Part shown: one piece after another, positions 41,673-56,544 of the stretch | How positions within the stretch are numbered: the stretch's first letter is position 1 | How the letters are laid out: every line of letters begins with the position of its first letter | NCBI GenBank assembly: GCA_030141605.1 | Contig: JAQGDQ010000136.1 | Coordinates: 62,001 to 126,000, forward strand | Source: Tubiluchus corallicola | Taxonomy: Eukaryota; Animalia; Priapulida | DNA: 64,000 nucleotides | Direction of reading: 5' to 3' | Made by a program: the position numbers and the translations under genes | Notes under the pieces: model-generated | Databases searched by the model: none | What the model was told of the DNA's origin: nothing | What the model saw: only the letters and a program-made list of their open reading frames with translations

Positions 41673-43439
41673 TACATCAAACTAATGAACAAAATGAGTG
41701 AGACTATGATCAGGTTTGAAAATCTTGCATCCTAAAACACAAACAAAAAAATTTTTGAAATATTTTTGTTAATATTATTTATTTTATCAGGATACTTTTA
41801 ACAAATTTGAGTGTATCATCACTGCTTTGAAATTACTTATGTAATAATTTTGAAGTTAATCATTGAAGCTATTAGCAATCAATTTGTATTCATTATTTTT
41901 TAATGTATTTGTATTGGAATTTCCGAAACTTAGCATTACTCTAAACTATTACAGCAGTAAGATCTGGTACCTCTGAAGGCAGTCTGTGGTTCGACAATTT
42001 TTTGGGACAGACAATTTTTTATCTTTCTGTTCCCATTTCTGATAGAAGAAATTGCTAAATTTGCACTCCGGGTAGTGCAGCCAAGTTATTTTTGTCAACA
42101 CCCAGCATTATTGCACACAAAGACTGTATCTTCATCGAAGATTCACTTTCTGAGTGAGATCACTTCAAAAGTGATTTTAGCCACTTTGCCACGACATAAT
42201 TCCTGATATGTGGCGCAGAGTCATTGGTGATTACGCATAACCATTGATGGTTATGTTGCCATAGATAGTCATCGCTAATTGTTTTGGAACTGATCTGCAA
42301 AACTGAAATCAGTTGCTTTTGTATTATAAATAGCTTATTCTTTCCAAATTGTTTGTTTTGCAGTACATCCCCCTGTAAAGCTCTCCTGTTTAATTCTTTG
42401 TTTCAGTTATAAATGTAAATCTTGTAGTCATGATTCAGGCCGACCACAAAAAATTGTTTCTATCTTACCTCATGAGCTCAAAAGATGTCAGTAGGGAGGG
42501 AGGAAACTTTTTCAAAATTTTTTTTAAAGCTGAAGCTTGGAATATTTAAAATGCACAAAATTTTTTCATTGCACAATTTTTCACACTTTGTTTTTTAGTT
42601 TCACATTGCTAAATTATCGTACAATTGTCGATTATTGTGTAGTCAGTCACTTTTTTGCTTCATAAACATGTATGTTCTGATAATTATTTTATAAGAGGTA
42701 ACACTACTTGGCCATTAATATGTGATTTGGCAGAAAATTCGGTACTTTTTACCCCTCAAAACAATGAGATCGTACAAAATGGCAACCCTGGCTGCGAGAT
42801 AGCCTTGGAAAAACATGAACGCGTCATACGTTCCCCGAAAGAACGATGTTATGATGATTATTGCGTTTAATGTTTTAAATTTAAAAAATACGCTTTTATA
42901 TGATTGTGTCAAGTAAGTATATGAACATACAAAAAAAAATTATAAAATTCCCAGCCAGGTGTGCTATAAAAAAATGTTACCCGGGCGATTAGACGGAAAC
43001 AGAACTATTTTTATTGTCGGTCTTATAAGTATTATAACGACGGCAAGACGTCCTTTATTTTCATACCCTGCCCTTATATTGCGATGGTTCGATCCATTAC
43101 AAAGCCATTGCATATCAGTTTGCTTACCAGGTATAAATTGGAATGGCTTCAACAGTTAAACGGACAGGTGTTCTTACCATCACGGCACCTGTTCCGTAGA
43201 CACAACCAGCATGAAGTGCACAGGACAAGTTTACTGGCAGTTTAATTTCACAAATCTCTGTCTGTGTTTATAAAGTTTTCATCATCCTGGCATTGAACCC
43301 GGACTACTTGGCCTCCAAAATACTAGGGAATGAACTGACTAGAGGAGCCACTAATTGCTATGGTGGCTTCTAGCCTCTGGCAGCAAGGACGCAGCATTGC
43401 TATGATATATATAAAATCGTGCATTCGACTGCATACTAA

Positions 43440-45887
<2,448 letters not shown>

Positions 45888-48834
45888 CCTATGCTCTTTT
45901 GTACAGTTTAGTTATTGCACTGTGAAACATTGTGTTGCTAAGCTGAGGTTTGCCTATAGGCATAATTTGCATATATATTAGCAGGTGTTCTTAGTAAGTA
46001 TAAAATGAAAATTTTAATTATCCAAAAAGTAAAAAAAAATTCTGTGCAATCTGTTAAATAGTATTTTATACATCACCTACCACATACCGTATCGAGCGGT
46101 TTTTCCCGTGCCTCTTATGTGTTGCATTGAATGACCTTGTCTGATGTTTGTTGTCAATTTTGTATTTTCTGGCTTTGTATACAACCCTATTTGTACTTAA
46201 ATCTATGTTTTGTGTTTGGTCTCGTTGAGGATTGCAGAAAATTTGTAGGCTCAGTCCTCAAATACCTATAATGCAAGGTGTCTTATATGCATTTTTGCGT
46301 TTGAAAAGCCTGTTATTGTGCTGTTGTAAGAGTTACGGCTTGTCATTAGTAAAAGTTTCTGGTTTGTCTCGTCTTCAAGATCGCTCAAAGAAACAAATTT
46401 AATGTGTTTTCTTATCAAATACAGCCACTTTACTTGTAACCATAACACTGCAACTAAAGATGGCATTTTAATTGAAAAGAGCTTCATCAACTACTAACAT
46501 TTTTTAGTACAACTTACAACTTGTTAAGATGTAATTAAGGCTCGAAAATGTAGTGCTAATCTGTTCAAAATCCCTAAAACTCAGTTAAATGTTCTTGGTG
46601 GTGCTAAGAACAGCCACACAATCATGTTTTGTTTCCATGTCACTGTAAAGTTGAAACAGACTCAGATTTGTATGACCTCAGAGCTGTAGAGTTGTGTTGA
46701 AGTCTACAGATGTACTTAGGTACTGAGTGCTACTAATTTACTTTAATGATTACAGTATAATTGCCTGAATATTGATAATATTTTGTTTAGTTTAAGTATC
46801 TTTCGTTTTTTGTTATGTTTACAAAGCGGTTCTTTTTGTAAAAATACAAACTATAAACTTTCACATGAACTCTTATGTGTGACACAAACCAGCAAGGCTG
46901 TCTTTAGAAATTAGATTGTTTAAAATTTACTAAGTAAGAAGGCTTACTTGTCGGCATAACAAACGGCATGCTGTTGGTTTAAGTCCCTGCAAAAGATCTA
47001 CTTACACAGTCAAGTTGTAATAGAACTATGAAATTCTAAGTTTCTGTGCATGTGATCAGCCTAGTTATGGTGTGTGCTGTGGCTAAAATGTATCAGGATC
47101 TTCTAGGCAGACAGAAGTAAAGCTATGTTCATGTCTTTTGTTTATGTAATGCTCCATTCTCACTTCTGTAATTGAAGTGGTTATCAGGTAAATACTTTTT
47201 GATTAAAATACTGCCTAACACTTCTAGAGTGGAGTTTTAGTTGAAAGTGAATTTCTAATTTCATCTTTATACATACATTATTGTAATCTTGTGTAATTCA
47301 TCACTCATTTTATGTACTCATCATATAGCTTTACTGTAAATCTATGTGCATTTTTCATAGATAGTGCAGCAAAATGTTTCTTGCAACAGGAAAGGTAGCA
47401 ACTTTCATGCCGGTGAAATCGTGGCTGCAAATTACGTTGTAGCTAGGTTAAACTTTAATTTGGTTTGTGGTGCCACCTGCATTTTAATTTTACAATTACA
47501 TGGATTTTTTCTATCAAATGGATTGCTTTAATGGTCTCTATGCAGTTAATATGTATATTAGTATGTTCTTATAGAATTGGTACAGTTGGTAAAAGTTCTC
47601 ATAATAGAGAATAGGAAAAACACATCGATTTGTTCACAGTAAATTATTTCCGGTAAATGAAAAAGTAAGAAAACGTCACTAAATCGCAATTTGTTTTAGA
47701 TTTTGTAGTGATAACACAATTTCTAATTAAACACAGATACATCACAATAGGAAAAATAATTGTTTTTTTTTGTGTTTTTCTGTGTATAATAAGTATTAGT
47801 GTTACTAAAAAATCTAAGCAATTGGCATATAGTGATTTATTTTGTTCTTTTTTACATGAACACGATTCACACTGGTGAACTTTGTGTGTTTGTGTTTTTT
47901 GTTTCTTTTATGGGCATTTTATTAAATGTGCTAACTTTATAAGTAGTGCTTATTGTGACTGATACATATCTAGTATTAGCTTCTTGGTATTTCTTCTTAA
48001 TTAAGCTGAATTGTATTTTCTTTTTTTTGTCTGCCGTAGTCATTCCTTGCCACTGCCTTATTGTTGACTTTCAGCCATATTTGTACTTAGAGCAGGGGAA
48101 TAATTAAAGCTTTGTCGTGACCATCTCTTCTGTTTTGTACTATGTAGGTTTTAATATTTAATTTTTTCATGGACTATCTGCGTTACAATGTGTTTGAGTA
48201 AGGGAAGAGCTCAGTTAAGTTAGAGCCCACCTAATGTAAGGAGAGCTCATTAGTCTGTATTTAATTTAAAGTGTGAAAAATATCATACCTTGTAATTGCT
48301 CTTAATATAATTATAAACAAACTTATAAACAATATAAACAGACTGTGTTTTGTTTTATTTTGGTGACATTTTATAACATTTTGAATTTCTCTTACTCCTT
48401 TTTCATACATACACGTAAGCGCTTTGTAACATACCGAGAAACGTGTTTTCACTTGATAAACAGTACTGTGGACACCACACTCGGGTTCAAATTTCTCTGG
48501 ATAACCTGAATTTTTATATAGTTCATATACTGGCTTATAGTTAACTACTACAGTAATAAATGGCCTGTAAATTTAAGAACAACAACATTCGTGTACATTT
48601 TAGGAAGTTTTGTTTTTGTGGCTATAAAAAATCAGCGGTGGTTGTATACTGAAGTGCACTGATCATTTACGAAACTTGTAATTGTACCTTAGGACATGTA
48701 GCCTCTCAGTGTGACAAACAATGAAAGAGCTAGCCTGGTGCCATAAATGCAGTGACTATTGGTCTGTTTCCAAAAAATGGGTAACTATAATACTATGAGT
48801 TGCATGTGTATTGTTCCACTGTTTTCCACTGAAT

Positions 48835-51365
48835 TCACTGTTTCCCACGTATTGTTCTCATACAGTTATATACTGCAGCCCAGTATCGGGTCGCATCAGG
48901 CGACCGAAAACCGTTGGGCCCTCCTCTATGTATGCGTGCAAAGTCCTCACACGTGGGTTGATGTGACAGCGTAGAAACTGTAGCATAGCGTCTCATGTAA
49001 GCTTCCATCATTCTTTCGCTACATTCGAACGTGGAGGCACAGTCCTTGAAATTTACTGTAAATAAACAAAGTTTGTTGATTAATAGGTACGACATTACCT
49101 GGTCCTGCTGTAATATTTTTTCAATTGACGTTTTGTAAAATTTTCGCTGCGACCAACGTTTGCTGTTGCTGTTGCTATAACGGTTGTTTCTATTGCTGCT
49201 GGCGTCGTTATTGTGTTGCTACTGCTACTGCCGTTGCTAGAGCCAAATTACAAGCTTTTGGGGCCCATAGGTTAATGATATTATTGACCCTCCCACAGAC
49301 GGAGCCACCCTCTATTTTGCTCGCATTCATCTCGAATATTTTTCTTGTGATCTGTTTTAGCAACATTTGATAGCTGGTGGTCCCATATTTCATATAATGG
49401 GCTTCAAACAGATGCCCTTGTCTCAAACAAAGGGCCCTTTACCTGAAATAAAAAGGCCTCAAACATCGATCCTTTATCTTAAACGAGGAGCCACTTTAAC
49501 ACTGGATTTTCTGACTTTCTGGCCCCTTTTTTAAAATTGAGGTTTTATTTTAAGTTACATGAATTATTAAGCAATGTCAACCTAGAGGGCACTAGGCTGT
49601 ACCCTATGGTAACCTATAAGGTAATCCAGCCCTAGTTGTTGCTCATATTGTGCAACTATTTACACTGACTTTCAGCATCTATACATCTAAACAATTTTAA
49701 ATAGAATATAGAAAGCATCTTTAATACCAAGTATTGTATTTACCTTGCGCGATACTAGGATCTTTTAACTGCGCATCAAGCCAAACAGCTCTATTAATAT
49801 TGTAAGGTCCGCAGTACTGAACTCCACTGGCTTGGTGACATATATTACGAGGAATGGTGCACTTTGTCTCTACCTCGCAAATACATCTCAGACACTTTGG
49901 TGGCAAATACGGTGCGTTTTCGGCTAGAAAATGAAAAAGGATTTACAACTGTTGAAAAGCAAGATCATGAACAACTGCTGGTTCAGTGACTTATCTTAGA
50001 GGCATACGTTTTATAATGTGTAAGTTCTGGTCCCGCCACAACCATTCAATTTAAGTAAAATCTGTCGTTGAATGCTCGATTCCGTCTTACAGGATTCCGA
50101 ATTGCTTAAAAACCTTCAGAAAAGCACATTTTAGGAATATTCCTCATCAAAGGTCAAGCTTGTCTGGCGAAATGAACAGAAACTATTTTTCTTTAAATAC
50201 TAAAATAAGTTTTTTGTTAATTACCTATTCTTAGATTAGTAAACTTACGTAAAGAGGGCAATGGTTCAGGTTTTGGAGTTGTTGCTGAAGGAATTTTTCC
50301 ACAGTTATTCCGCAGTTGCTGGGCACATCTTCTCCTTTCCCTTCCCAGATCTCTTTCCAGTCGCTGAGCTTGATTTTTATAACTGCTGCAAGTCTTGTTT
50401 AAAGTTGAAGTTTCCACCGTGAGTTGACGTGTTGCCGCCAGGTAGCGCTCGATTTCTTGGCGAAGGTTAGCATTCTCATCCCGAAGTTGATAATAACCAT
50501 TTCTGATCCTGTTATACCTGTATTAGAGCCAGCAAGATTATTAAGTTTGTATTGAACACAACTTTCAGTAAGGTAGAAGGTCGGTTTATGTAAGTTTTCT
50601 GGAAGTTTACAAACGGAAATATTATATATTACATAATTACCCGGTATTGCATCTGAATTGCTACATGATGATACCATAGGCCAGAGAAGGCTGAGTGTCT
50701 CCAGCACAGCGCAGCTGTGTGCCGTTATTGGCGTTATGCAATGTTACTATATTGTAATAGGTACTAGTCATTTTAGACCCAGTGTGTTTGCACAATTTAT
50801 GCGTTACCTTCTAGCAAGTCCGTCCCTTTCTTTTCCTAATTCTTCCACCTGCTGCTGAAGTTTGAACCTGCTGGTCGGGTGTGACGATCGTTCACTCTCA
50901 CATTCACCAGAGATGGGGATGATAAGCTTGTTTCTTTCCAGCGGTATCTGCTTGTAAATTAACGTGTATGAACTATTATTACATTTTTAATTTAATTGAT
51001 TCACGGATGTTTTTACTAAAAAGTGATATTTGACAGCACCTGCTAGCCGCATAATGTACTATCACATCTCTCCTTTTTTAGTTGTCTTTTTCATAAATCG
51101 TTAGGGTAGAAAAAACAATTATGAAATGAAAGAAAAGTAAGAGGAGAAAACTGAAACGAAAGTCAAAAAAATTAATAACGAACACGAATAAACAAAAGAG
51201 AAAAGAAAAAAATTTCGGAAAAGAAGACGGATAAACTCAACAAAAAAGGAGAATACGTGATAAGTGATGTAATACCTTAAAATGAAATGAACATGTTCCG
51301 TTGGCAAGTGTGCATTCCTGAGAAAAAATCGCCAAAATCATAACTGCATGCAAAACAAATTCCAT
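48835..51365 (-). CDS. Secreted coiled-coil protein with C-terminal i-type (destabilase) lysozyme domain, ~299 aa; exons 51276-51365, 50808-50947, 50249-50517, 49744-49923, 48835-49055
   Basis: Exons 4-5 give KCLRCICEVETKC...CGPYNI..VWLDA...CASTFECS...YMRRYAT...CEDFARIHRGGPNG...YWAAVYNC, the i-type lysozyme signature. Exons 1-3 join through GT-AG sites with matching phases (0, 2, 1, 1; 900 nt total). They add a signal peptide (MEFVLHAVMILAIFSQECTLA), NGTCSFHFKIP, a heptad-rich helix and a Pro/Thr linker. The lysozyme exons are very secure; the 5' exons are less so. Confidence 0.85.
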
Positions 51366-52616
51366 TAGTGTAAACGAGTGTTGATCCACAGTATTTCTGT
51401 TCCTATTTTTTCAATTATTTTGCAACGCCACCATTAAGAAATCTTGGTTTATTCTAAAAATTCACTGTTCGGTGAAATCATTTTGTCAAACTAGCTGCAA
51501 GACTATGAACAGGAAATGGATGGAAAAACACACTAGAAAAACACCAGGAAAACCAAATATGGAGATTTACAGGTGTAAATTGGCACATTCTCAAGATAAT
51601 CCTCACCGAAGGACATCCAACTGCAATTCTTTGTCTGTTCCCTTACTTGATAAAACTTGATAAAAATACAATAATTGCGATGACAGAAAGATTCAAATAA
51701 AAGTTGAATAAAAAATCAGCTAAAGTTTTTATAGATCATAAAGACTTCAATAAGGTCCTCTGGATCTTTTGTCAGTAATCGCCATAATATGTGCCTTATA
51801 CACTGTGCTTACTTTACTGTTGGTTCTGTTGTTACTGTTGTTGCTGCTGCAAGCCTAAATTATAGTTCAATGGGTTTTACGGAACCAGGTGTAGTTAAAA
51901 ACTGTAGGCTGTTGCCGCTACCGTTTGAAGGAATTTCCACTGCCACTTTAATTTCAGATATTACTAATTTCTGTGTTATTCGCTTGCAAAGTAACTCTAT
52001 AAAGAGATCTCTTTTGCCGTTATGTTGTTGCTGTTTTTCTTCTCCATGTTCTTCGTGTAATAAATTTTCATCAATTTTTAATGTTGTTACATCACAATAG
52101 AGTTACTCCATATTCCAAATTTTTACGAAAACGGATTCATGACAACGATGAATGGTGTTGTAAGTGATGTTCTACTATCCATGCAGTTCAGCAGAAAACA
52201 CTGAGATGAGCGAGCAAACCAGGGCTCCTCATTCCCGACTACTTTGTGATTAATTTATTGTGTTTAAAATGATCTGCCTGGAACTAATTATTAAAGATGT
52301 CAAACAGTCTTAATTTCAAGATTAATTTTATTAACAGAATAAAGTCACAACTATTATGCTTCCCAAATTCAGCCAAAAAATGTTTTTCCATCATCACCAA
52401 TAATCTTGAAATTAAGATTTAATTGAAGAATAGTGTCAACTAAACTGATGGCATTGAAATGTGTGGTATGAAATAAACAAAAAAATTCATAAAAGATATT
52501 TTTCAAGTACAGTTTTTTATTAATTACAAAAGGAATTAAAATGTAAGCAGCCTTCAAAAATTATACACAAGTATAACAAGGTAACAAGAATACTTGATAT
52601 TTCACTATTTGTGTTC

Positions 52617-55600
52617 TCACTTATTCCATCTCAAAAAGTTTCTCACAGAATTTAAAAAATATCTAATTCCACCAGCACGTGATTCGGTTTTCGTTTTCAT
52701 GATGAGTTTAATCCACTTCACGAAATTGGGAACTTTCCCGTAAATGCCATATCGACCATCTAGGCCACATCCTCTACCAAAACTCGTTACACCATAAACG
52801 CTCCATTTACCATCAATTTCACACATGAGTGGACCTCCTGAATCCCCAGAGCACGAGTCAGCTCTTCCATTTCGATACCCAGCGCACATCATGTTTTTAC
52901 TGATGAAATATCCTTCATATTCATCCACACAAATATCCCTTGGAACGAGCGGCACAAAAGCCTCGTGTAACACAGTAGCTCCTTCTTCGTGTTGTTCATT
53001 CTCCTTTCCCCAGCCAACTATTGCGCATCTTGTCCTGGAGGGAAGCTCAATTCGTTTTGGCGGGAGACAGATGAACTTTCCATCATACAACGGCATCCGA
53101 AGTCGTAGGAGAGCAATGTCATTGTCAACGGAGTTAACGTCATAGTCAGGATGTACATAAGGCTTCTCTATTTTTATCATTTTTTCACCGCCTTCTCTGG
53201 AATACAAATCGTGCTCATTGATCATTGCATAAGAACGTTTCTTGACACAGTGTGCAGCAGTGAGAACCCAGTCAGGAGCGATGAGAACTCCCCCGCAGTA
53301 TTGCTCTTTAAACCTGTTAAGCAGCGCCACCTATAGGCAAACAATGAAACAAATGAAAGCAGTCATTCTATATGAAATCAGTGAAATTGGCACTTGAAAT
53401 AGATGCGCCTTGAAAGATCAATAATAAGAAAGTGAAATACTTAAAACGAGTAACAAAAGACTAGGAAAACAGAAAAAACAGAGACAAAGTAAATAAGGAA
53501 TGGAGAGAGAGAGAGACACAGAGAGAGAACGAAAGGGGAAAAAAGAGAGGGAACTAGACTGTTATGATAATAGTTAAAGCCACAATAAAAACTGGCGGCA
53601 AGTAGAACATAGTACAAACCGTATAATCCAACACAAACGAAATTAAGGCCAAGCAAAGAAAAGTAAACAGTCATTTCCATTTACCTGCCATGGCCACCTT
53701 CCTGGACTAGATTCCCGTCCTCCATATATTCTTGTGGAAACTATGCCAGAAAAGTCAGATAAACCACATTCAGCAGGCAGCTGGTTTATCAAACCTAGAA
53801 ATAGGATTCGTCACGTCAAACATTTACACATTTGTGCACAATTTACCTTAAAGGAAAGCCAAACCTTCTCAGAAGTTGGGTTTATTTCAAAGTTTGCAAA
53901 AAGTTAGAAGTTAAAAGTGTTTTAAGCGCGTAATTAAGTAAACGATCATTTAAGGTAAAGATCAATTCATGCTTGGGCTCTCTCATTTCAAAAGCTTATT
54001 CTTCCATCAGTGCCATTCGTCAACTGAAGAAAAGAAAAGCAGTTCACTGTCCGTCAAAAGCGTAGTAAGCTTTTACAACAAATTAGATAGCTATTTTGTG
54101 ACATTTTTGCATGGAGCTGCAGAAGTTTGAATTAGTTTAAGCAGCGCATGCTTACAGAAAGGAAGACGCACTCACGAAGCCAACCAATTTCATCATGGCC
54201 TTCAAATGAATGGTGGCTAGCACAGTACCATCATGCCTGAAAATTTCTACACAGCAGTGGCATAAATCAGCTTTATACTTTATTGACGTTTTTGCAAATT
54301 TCTTAGCTATATGTTTCAAAGTTTAAGTGGACATGCTAAGTGACTTGTCCTTTCATTTAAGTGGAAGAAAAAGAAAAGAAAAAGAAACAACTACAGTCAA
54401 AAGTGCCCTGTAGTCCCATTCAGCTGAAAAAGTCACCTTTGGTTTAGTGGGACTGAATGTCATGATGATGAGGCTAACAACATCATGATGAGATACAACG
54501 ACAATAATGCTGATGATAAGGATAATAAAAATTCCAATGATCATAATTACAAAAACGATTAGGCATACCTCTAGTGTAATTTTGATTTGCCAGAATCATT
54601 TGTTCACAAGCACTGCCCTCTGGTGCGCATTCTGCTTGCTCGGTGATGACGTCACCACGGCAGTAGTGCTTCTTCACACAGGTCCGATGTCGCCGACGAT
54701 AGCAGGTGCGTGTGCAGCGTGACCATGGTGTCCATTCAGAGAAGTATTCAGGATTGGCATTGCGCTGTTGAGACCTTCTATCTAAGTGGTCGGCCCCATG
54801 ATCTGGACAGTTACCTTCGAAGCAACTGCGCATCTGAAAAAAAGATATATTATGAGTATAACCTTAGTAACTCCATTAATTCATTACTCCAAGCAACAAA
54901 GGCAACGTTGTCTTGGCTATGTTTGAATTCGGGAAGTCAAGAAATGGCAGATTTATGACTTAAAAATAAATGTAAACGATTTTTTAAATATTTTCATCAC
55001 AATTACTGTCATTTTAACTTGTTTTTCAAATGGTATGTCTCTGAGTCACTTCCTGAAAGTGTGACTGGCACATTGCAATTGACATATTTTTTGTGTTTTT
55101 GCTATAGACATATTTTTTGTTTGTGTTTTATAAGGTTGGCCTCAGTGGCTTTTGGCGGCTTTGAAATGTACAAAGACGCTTGTACTGGCTTGACATAAAG
55201 ACCAAGTAATTTTCAAGGTCAAGCGTTATTTCATGTGCCAATTAGGTTACCTTGATTTCAGCAGATGATGTTAGTACAAAACGTCCTGGCGATATTCAAA
55301 ATCTGTCAAATGTTACAATGACTTCTTTCACTAATAGTGGTAGTAACTGTGCCATGTTTGACCTTAAACGCCTCGCAGATATAAGATACTTAAACACGTG
55401 GAGTGAGACCTAGTTTGTTTAGCTTGCGCTTGTGGTAGTTTTACCGATTACCTCCTTTAACTTGTTGCTGCCGCAAACAGACATATCTCTGCAGTGTCTG
55501 ATTCTATGCTGACGACATCTAGCATTGCATGTGGTCCATTCGCCCCAAGGTGTATAGATTTCATCGTAAGACACCTCCGCGTAATCCGAAGGTGCTACTT

Positions 55601-56544
55601 TTTCATATTCCTTGGTGACATTAGTCGATCCAAAAGGTGACACTGTGCTATTTGTGTCTGGTGCATCATCAGACCAGGCTTCCTTAAAGCAAAAATTCAT
55701 TGCAAGATGTGGATAAACAATTACAGATTAAAAAAAGAATAAATAGAGGGTACTATATAGACGTCAAGCTGAAGTACAGATTTAATTATCTGATAGATTG
55801 ATCTAAAATTAATGCAAGAAATTTCTGTGAACAGACCGTACGACCAGCCCTATGAACAGTTATCACATCCTTATAACGCTGGATTAATTAATGCCAATGG
55901 TGCTAATTTTGTTTGTATTAACTGATTTGAAATCCAACATTACCTATATAATCCACTGAATTGTCTGCATTAGCCACCTTTTTCGGCACTATTTAAAAAG
56001 AGAACTGTTTTGACAACTCTTGCTTAGTTAATGTAGACTTACAGTTGCAAACAGTGCCTTTTAATTGTCTTCTCAGTGATATTGCTCACGATACAGTCAT
56101 GATTCAGTTTTTTTTTTATTCGAAGCGCGAGCCGATATAATTTTACATCTATCTGTAGACAACAAGTCTGTAAGCATGCGATCACATCTCGTATGCTCTC
56201 TATAATTACACCAACTACTCCAGAGCACTAAATATACCAACGTAAAATAATGCAGAAATTGCAGTTACAAACATATATATCCATATCCATATCGAAATAT
56301 ACATGTAACAGGTAATATGAAAAATTATTATTATTAGTCCATCTGAATGCAAATAGAACGTCAGCACTCAACCCGTTAAGCTGATTATTCATAACCGGAT
56401 GTTAACGTCTTGAATATACTAATAGGTCGTATTTACCTTAAACAGGTTCCAGCCCCATGAATAATACCAGCTGTCTGAATCCTGGCAATAGACATTGATT
56501 TGTATCGTCGCAACCAATAACAACACTTCCTTTAAAGATGCCAT
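52617..56544 (-). CDS. Secreted S1A trypsin-like serine protease with two thrombospondin type-1 repeats, 475 aa; exons 56437-56544, 55452-55682, 54569-54833, 53685-53794, 52617-53330
   Basis: Signal peptide MASLKEVLLLVATIQINVYC. TSP1 motifs PWGEWTTCNARCRQHRIRHC and SEWTPWSRCTRTCYRRRHRTC. Zymogen activation site CG...STR/IYGG, followed by WPWQVAL. Intact triad TAAHC, DNDIALL, GDSGGP; Asp in the S1 pocket (ADSCSGDS). GT-AG introns with phases 0, 0, 1, 0; 1428 nt. Confidence 0.93.

Noticed and set aside
43080-43350. tRNA gene suggested by B-box-like ggttcgatcc / ggttcaatgcc
   Set aside because: No cloverleaf can be formed; at most degenerate SINE remnants.
49099-49442. Possible cassette exon inside the lysozyme intron (good-looking acceptor and donor)
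   Set aside because: Early stops in all three frames; direct 49744-to-49055 splicing restores a contiguous lysozyme domain.
51813-52620. Protease-lysozyme fusion via donor-like GTGAGA at the protease stop and a 42-nt mini-exon near 51813-51854
   Set aside because: The downstream gene has its own ATG and signal peptide at 51365, and nothing in the sequence requires the fusion. Only RNA data could revive it.
52825-53145. Plus-strand ORFs over the protease exons (also 54507-54722, 62485-62676, and minus 45629-45853 over RhoA)
   Set aside because: Antisense shadows of real coding exons.
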